11,382 nucleotides of DNA, from assembly GCA_046726415.1 (NCBI GenBank), contig JBKPAK010000258.1, positions 1-11,382 on the forward strand. The letters are read 5' to 3'. How positions within the stretch are numbered: the stretch's first letter is position 1; each line of letters opens with the position of its first letter. The DNA is from Candidatus Methylomirabilota bacterium. GTDB taxonomy: Bacteria; Methylomirabilota; Methylomirabilia; Rokubacteriales; CSP1-6. A program made the translations under genes and the position numbers. Positions 7,601 to 11,382 of the stretch are shown here, piece by piece. The notes below the pieces were generated by a model. It had not been told where the DNA came from. It saw only the letters and a list, made by a program, of their open reading frames with translations, and made no database searches.

Positions 7601-7833
7601 CCCTTATCCAGTCATCAGTACCGGCGTCGCATCTGCAATCGTGCACGGATCGGTATTCGTGGCGTGGCTGTACACCTGGTATGCAGGCGTACCATGCCGA
7701 TGAGCTGCCACATAACCACCGGCTGCAGGGTGCGCTCCTGTCGTCGCGCCCCTGAGGTTCCCCTGACACGGTACGACGCGTAGCGCGGCGGGTGGCGCCA
7801 ACGGTCTTGACGCGCTCGGCACAATGGTAGCCG

Positions 7834-8002
7834 GTGGCTCCTGCCGTCCCGTTCCGCGTGACTCCGCTCCAGCCGACGCTCGTTCAGCCCTTCCACCGAC
7901 CGGGGTTGGGTCTACGAGGAGAAGGTGGACGGCTGGCGGATCGTGGCCTACAAGACCGGGCGCGATGGACGCCTGCTGAGCCGGAAGGGCGTCGACCACA
8001 CG
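7834..8002 (+). pseudogene. ATP-dependent DNA ligase N-terminal fragment (LigC/LigD-type adenylation domain)
   Basis: PLQPTLVQPFHRPG, frameshift at ~7905, then WVYEEKVDGWRIVAYKTGRDGRLLSRKGVDHT containing ligase motif I (KxDGxR) and motif Ia (SR.G). Truncated afterwards. Confidence 0.8.
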
Positions 8003-8050
8003 ACGTGGAGTCTCAGCTCCTCAACGTGGCGGTCCTCGAAACCGCGCCCC

Positions 8051-8208
8051 TGCTTATCGGTTGACTCCGAACGATACAACATGTCGTAGGTCGTGGGGCC
8101 GTGAGCACTCGAGGCGAGGCCGAGGAGGGTTTGGAAGGCCTCCATCGGCGTCCGCCGCCGGTTGAAGCGGAAGGCGAACTCGTCGAGGTAGGCCTGGAGG
8201 TGGTGCCG
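8051..8208 (-). mobile_element. IS1595-family transposase C-terminus and probable right end (remnant)
   Basis: HHLQAYLDEFAFRFNRRRTPMEAFQTLLGLA..PTTYDMLY.SEST matches the IS1595 'HL..YL.EF.FRFNRR' motif. 8051-8069 (TGCTTATCGGTTGACTCCG) resembles the terminal IR overlapping the stop codon, apparently with one base lost. Confidence 0.82.
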
Positions 8209-8430
8209 GCCACGTTCAACAGCGGCAAGAATGGCCAAGTAACTGCGACCATCACGCTCGAAGCACCAGCGTGTCCGCCGTCAGACCCGCCCACCTGCGG
8301 TGGCGGCCAGAACCTGGTGTTGTCTGCCATCAGCTGGACGAACCTTCAGCTCACGGACCTAACCACGCCCGTCGGGCCCGAACCTGCTGACCCGAGTTCC
8401 CTCTCGGCGGTGTTCTTCACTTGTCCTTGA
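8209..8430 (+). pseudogene. 5'-truncated homologue of the secreted protein family (C-terminal half)
   Basis: ATFNSGKNGQVTATITLEAPACPPSDPPTCGGGQNLVLSAISWTNLQLTD...FFTCP* shares [KR]NGQ, a Pro-rich Cys segment and LVL with 6665-7210; begins exactly where IS1595 similarity ends. Confidence 0.65.
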
Positions 8431-8489
8431 GCCATTGCGGGCAGTTTCCTGGGGCGTGGACCAGCCTCTCGTAGCCTCCCGCAACTCAC

Positions 8490-8525
8490 CCGGCAGGGCG
8501 GGTTCTCCCGCCCTGCCGGCCTTTC
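8490..8525 (+). terminator. Strong hairpin / probable terminator
   Basis: Perfect 13-bp stem CCGGCAGGGCGGG-TTCT-CCCGCCCTGCCGG followed by CCTTT. Confidence 0.65.
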
Positions 8526-8549
8526 GCCGCGCTGCGGAAGGAGTTTGGC

Positions 8550-9612
8550 ATGATCAACAGGCTAGCTCATCGAAGGCGCCCTTCGTCCCATCCATAGCGG
8601 GAGGGGCCAACCGGCATCTCCCGGTGGACCCCTGCGATCCTGCTGGCGCTGATGCTGCCCGTCGGCGGGTGCACGAGGAGCGAGCCACTGGCCGAGGTGG
8701 ACGCGGAGGTCATCACGGCCAAAGAAGTCGAGACAGCCCTCGGCGCGTCGCTCGCCAGGCTCCGGGAGCAGATCTACAGTATCAAGCGCCAGAAGGTCGA
8801 GGCGCTGATCGCCGCGCGGCTCCTGGCCAACGAGGCGGCGAAGCGGAGCATCACAGTCCAGGCGCTGCTCGATGCCGAGGTGACCAGGAAGGTCGGGCCG
8901 GTCACCGAACAAGAGATCGAGAGCTTCTACCAGGCCAACAGAGCCCGGCTCCAGGGAGATGAGACGACGATCAGGAAGCAGATCATGGCCCACCTCCAGA
9001 ACCAGAAGCTGGCGGCCCAACGCGAGTCCTTGATTCAATCGCTCCGCTCACAGGCCAAGGTCGTGGTCCACCTCAAGGCTCCACCCGTCTTCCGGACCCA
9101 GCTGAGTCAGGACGGGGCCCCGTTCAAGGGCCCGGCGACGGCCCCTGCAACAATTGTCAAGTTCGAGGACTTCCACTGCTCCTTCTGCAAGGGTGCCCAG
9201 GCGACGCTCGGGCAGGTCCTGTCCCGGTACGGTGAAAAGGTCAAACTCGTCCATCGGGACTTCCCGATCGATAGCTTGCACCCGCACGCGGCGAAGGCAC
9301 ACGAGGCCGCGCGGTGCGCAAATGAGCAGGGGAAGTTCTGGGCGCACCACGATCTGCTTTACACCAAGACGCCGGCTGAACCGCAGCAGCTGCAGGCGTA
9401 CGCGCGGGCGGTGGAGCTGGACGTGCCGGCCTTCGAGCAGTGCCTGAGCAGCCGCAAGTACGGGGCTGCAGTGCAGAAGGACGTAGAGGAGGGGACGCGT
9501 AGTGGTGTGACCGGCACCCCGACCTTTTTTGTCAACGGCCGGATGCTGACGGGCGCGCAGCCGTTAGTTAGAGAGCTTCCTCCGCGTGATCGAGGAAGAG
9601 CTGGCACGTTGA
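8550..9612 (+). pseudogene. SurA-N-like + DsbA-family thioredoxin lipoprotein, disrupted
   Basis: SD AAGGAG (8538-8543) and ATG 8550 are in frame with ORF 8652, but TAG at 8595-8597 precedes the lipoprotein-like signal ILLALMLPVGG|C. DsbA motifs FEDFHCSFC, RDFP, AHEAARCANEQGKFW, GVTGTPTFFVNG. A 4-bp duplication at 9563-9571 shifts off the native end GAQPLESFLRVIEEELAR* (TGA 9610-9612). Confidence 0.85.
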
Positions 9613-9819
9613 GGGACTCGAGCTGCCGCGACGCCCTGGAGGGCGACCCGGCTGGGTCGCACCAGCTGGCCACCCGTTACAGAACTTCGCCCCTCCCGGG
9701 AGCCGCGCCACCGCACAACGAGCCCCTGAGCGCATAGCGAGCGCCCTGCTGGGGGTGAAGGCAAGCGGCCGCACCGTGATCCCCTGCGGCATCCACCTCG
9801 GATCGCCCCCAGGAACGCT

Positions 9820-9980
9820 ACGAAGCATCGGCGCAGCCAATCGGCGCACTCAAGGTTGAGCAGTTGCTCGATGGGGACACACTTGGCCTCGTCGGGCTCG
9901 GAGGAGAGCGTCAGCTTCCCGCCTGTCGTTCGGCAGTGGAACGTAATTCCGATAGCCTCTTCGGGTGCCGGACCACAATA
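9820..9980 (-). pseudogene. Nudix hydrolase C-terminal remnant
   Basis: Start-less minus frame YCGPAPEEAIGITFHCRTTGGKLTLSSEPDEAKCVPIEQLLNL resembles the Nudix C-terminal 'F.C....G.L.LS.EH.EA.WV..E.L' pattern. Nudix box absent. Confidence 0.55.
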
Positions 9981-10052
9981 CGAGGCCGCGATCGATCAAC
10001 CCGAAGTGCAGCGTGTAGGACGGTGGGAAAGTGGCGCGTCCGGCTGGAGCGA

Positions 10053-10916
10053 TTACGCGGACGAGCCGCGCGGTCGCCTGACCAGCTTGGAGACGCGGTT
10101 GAGCCTCACCTCGGCCATGTAGAGGTTGCCCTGCGAGTCGCCGTAGACCCCGTGCGCGCCGTATTCGACGGGCTTCCCCCGCGACACGATCTGGCCATTG
10201 GCCGCATATACCGTCACCCGGGGGATCTGGTCGGTGACGTAGACGATGCCGCTCCGGTCGATGTAGATGTCCATCGGGTGGTAGAGATCGCCCCACTCCC
10301 CGGCGTAGTCGCCCTCGGGACTGAAGATCTGCACCCGGTTGTTCTCGCGGTCAGCCACGAACACCCGATCCTGGCCGTCGACCCAGATCCCGTGCGGGGT
10401 AGTGAACTGGCCACGGCCCGCCCCGGGCGCACCCCACGAGCTGAGGTGCTTGCCTTCCGCCGAGAACCGGTGAACGGCGGAGTTACCGTAGCCGTCGGCG
10501 ACGTAGATCTCGCCGCTCCGCGAGATCGCGACATCGGCGGGGTGGTTGAACGGCGCTTGCAGGGCAGGCCGCCCGCGCTGGCCGAGGATCAGGCTGATCT
10601 TGCCTTCCCGCGTGAGCTTGAGCACCTCGTGCTCGTCGCGATTGCACACGTAGACGTGGTCGTCGGGACCGATGTAGATGCCGTGGGCATCCCGGAGGCG
10701 ACCTTCTCCCCACGCGTCGAGGAAGTGGCCCTGGCTGTCGAACACGAGGATGGGCGGATCCTTGCGCTGGTAGAAGTACACGCGATCGCGGGAGTCCACC
10801 GCCACGTGGCTGATGACACCGAACGTCATGTCCGGCGGCAGGGTCCCGAACGGGCGCACGATGTCGTAGCAGTAGTCGCCGGTGCCGACGACCAGGTTCG
10901 GTGCGGGTTGGCTCAT
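10053..10916 (-). CDS. NHL-repeat beta-propeller, peptidyl-alpha-hydroxyglycine alpha-amidating lyase (PAL)-like
   Basis: Repeats [80 protein letters not shown]. No signal peptide; intact 287 aa. Confidence 0.92.
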   Translation of the reverse strand: MSQPAPNLVVGTGDYCYDIVRPFGTLPPDMTFGVISHVAVDSRDRVYFYQRKDPPILVFDSQGHFLDAWGEGRLRDAHGIYIGPDDHVYVCNRDEHEVLKLTREGKISLILGQRGRPALQAPFNHPADVAISRSGEIYVADGYGNSAVHRFSAEGKHLSSWGAPGAGRGQFTTPHGIWVDGQDRVFVADRENNRVQIFSPEGDYAGEWGDLYHPMDIYIDRSGIVYVTDQIPRVTVYAANGQIVSRGKPVEYGAHGVYGDSQGNLYMAEVRLNRVSKLVRRPRGSSA

Positions 10917-11158
10917 TGCAAAACGCCTTTGTCTCGCAGGCGCTGCACGTCCTCGCGCGTGTACGCGGCGAGCGTGGTGAGGACCTCTTCGATGTCGGCC
11001 CGGTCGCTGTACCAGAGCTTGCGGGCCCGGTCCCCGTGGGGCGGCCGCTCGATTTTGACGACGTCGGCGCCGAGCCAGGCCAGCACCTGGGTGCAGGCGG
11101 GCCCGGCCTGGTCGTGCGTGAAGTCCACGACGCGAATCCCTTCGAGGGCTTTGGCCAT
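10913..11158 (-). pseudogene. Class III (CaiB/BaiF, Frc-like) CoA-transferase with a large in-frame internal deletion
   Basis: N-terminus [43 protein letters not shown] is joined directly to the family C-terminus [18 protein letters not shown]. 81 aa versus about 400 aa for the family. SD GAGGAGG at 11173-11167. Confidence 0.85.
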
Positions 11159-11206
11159 TGTCGTTTCCTCCTCGGTCTGCTGGAAGTGGGAGCTGAAGCG
11201 CGTCAG

Positions 11207-11382
11207 CTACCCTCCCGCCGCGATCGGGTCAGCGGCGCGCGCCTCGGCGCGCAGGCGCGCCGTCACGGCCGCATCCACGGTCCAGGTCTGGGGATCGATG
11301 GCGACGCGGTAGTCGCGGCGCGCCGCCTCCAGGCTGACTTTCTCGTTCCGCACGTCGTCGAGGACCCGTTCCGGGTCGCGCT
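11207..11382 (-). CDS. Hydantoinase B/5-oxoprolinase family protein, 3' end
   Basis: Minus frame RDPERVLDDVRNEKVSLEAARRDYRVAIDPQTWTVDAAVTARLRAE...* (TAG 11209-11207) matches the 'RDPE.V..DV....VS.E.A...YGV' C-terminal motif. Not in the ORF track. Confidence 0.85.
   Translation of the reverse strand, partial: RDPERVLDDVRNEKVSLEAARRDYRVAIDPQTWTVDAAVTARLRAEARAADPIAAGG

Noticed and set aside
7600-7705. Hydrophobic frame PYPVISTGVASAIVHGSVFVAWLYTWYAGVPCR*
   Set aside because: May be another membrane-protein tail, but it is too short, has no start and matches no family I recognise.
8595-8597. Pyrrolysine or recoded TAG in the DsbA gene
   Set aside because: It lies in a non-catalytic leader, the gene has a second lesion, and TAG is a normal stop for other genes in this window.
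9864-11312. 482-aa + strand ORF
   Set aside because: Antisense to the NHL, CoA-transferase and hydantoinase genes, which have clear family motifs.
1-11382. CRISPR array, rRNA, tRNA or known riboswitch
   Set aside because: No regularly spaced repeats or recognisable structured-RNA consensus seen by eye; an Rfam scan would be needed to exclude them formally.

Overview
GC-rich bacterial window. Gene content and codon style suggest an uncultured soil lineage such as Ca. Rokubacteria, but that is an inference only. It has four parts. (1) 1-698 (+): the 3' end of an OsmC-like gene overlapping a redoxin gene with an in-frame TGA in a U-P-F-C (UxxC) motif, i.e. a probable selenoprotein gene. An apparent in-frame internal deletion joins it to a DsbD-N-like tail that carries two compensating frameshifts. 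(2) 706-3929 (-): an intact TRAP transporter operon dctPQM with a sigma70-like promoter. (3) ~3930-10050: a ~6 kb mosaic of mostly broken genes. These are a serine-recombinase C-terminal remnant, a stand-alone LuxR HTH, a decayed membrane protein, ~1 kb of non-coding DNA, an HAF-repeat fragment, one intact secreted Cys-containing protein plus two partial homologues, Rossmann and ATP-dependent ligase stubs, an IS1595 end, a SurA-N/DsbA gene with an amber stop and a TTAG duplication, and a Nudix remnant. (4) 10053-11382 (-): hydantoinase B/oxoprolinase 3' end, an 81-aa internally deleted class III CoA-transferase, and an intact NHL/PAL-like protein. All family calls come from motif recognition by eye; no database searches were run.
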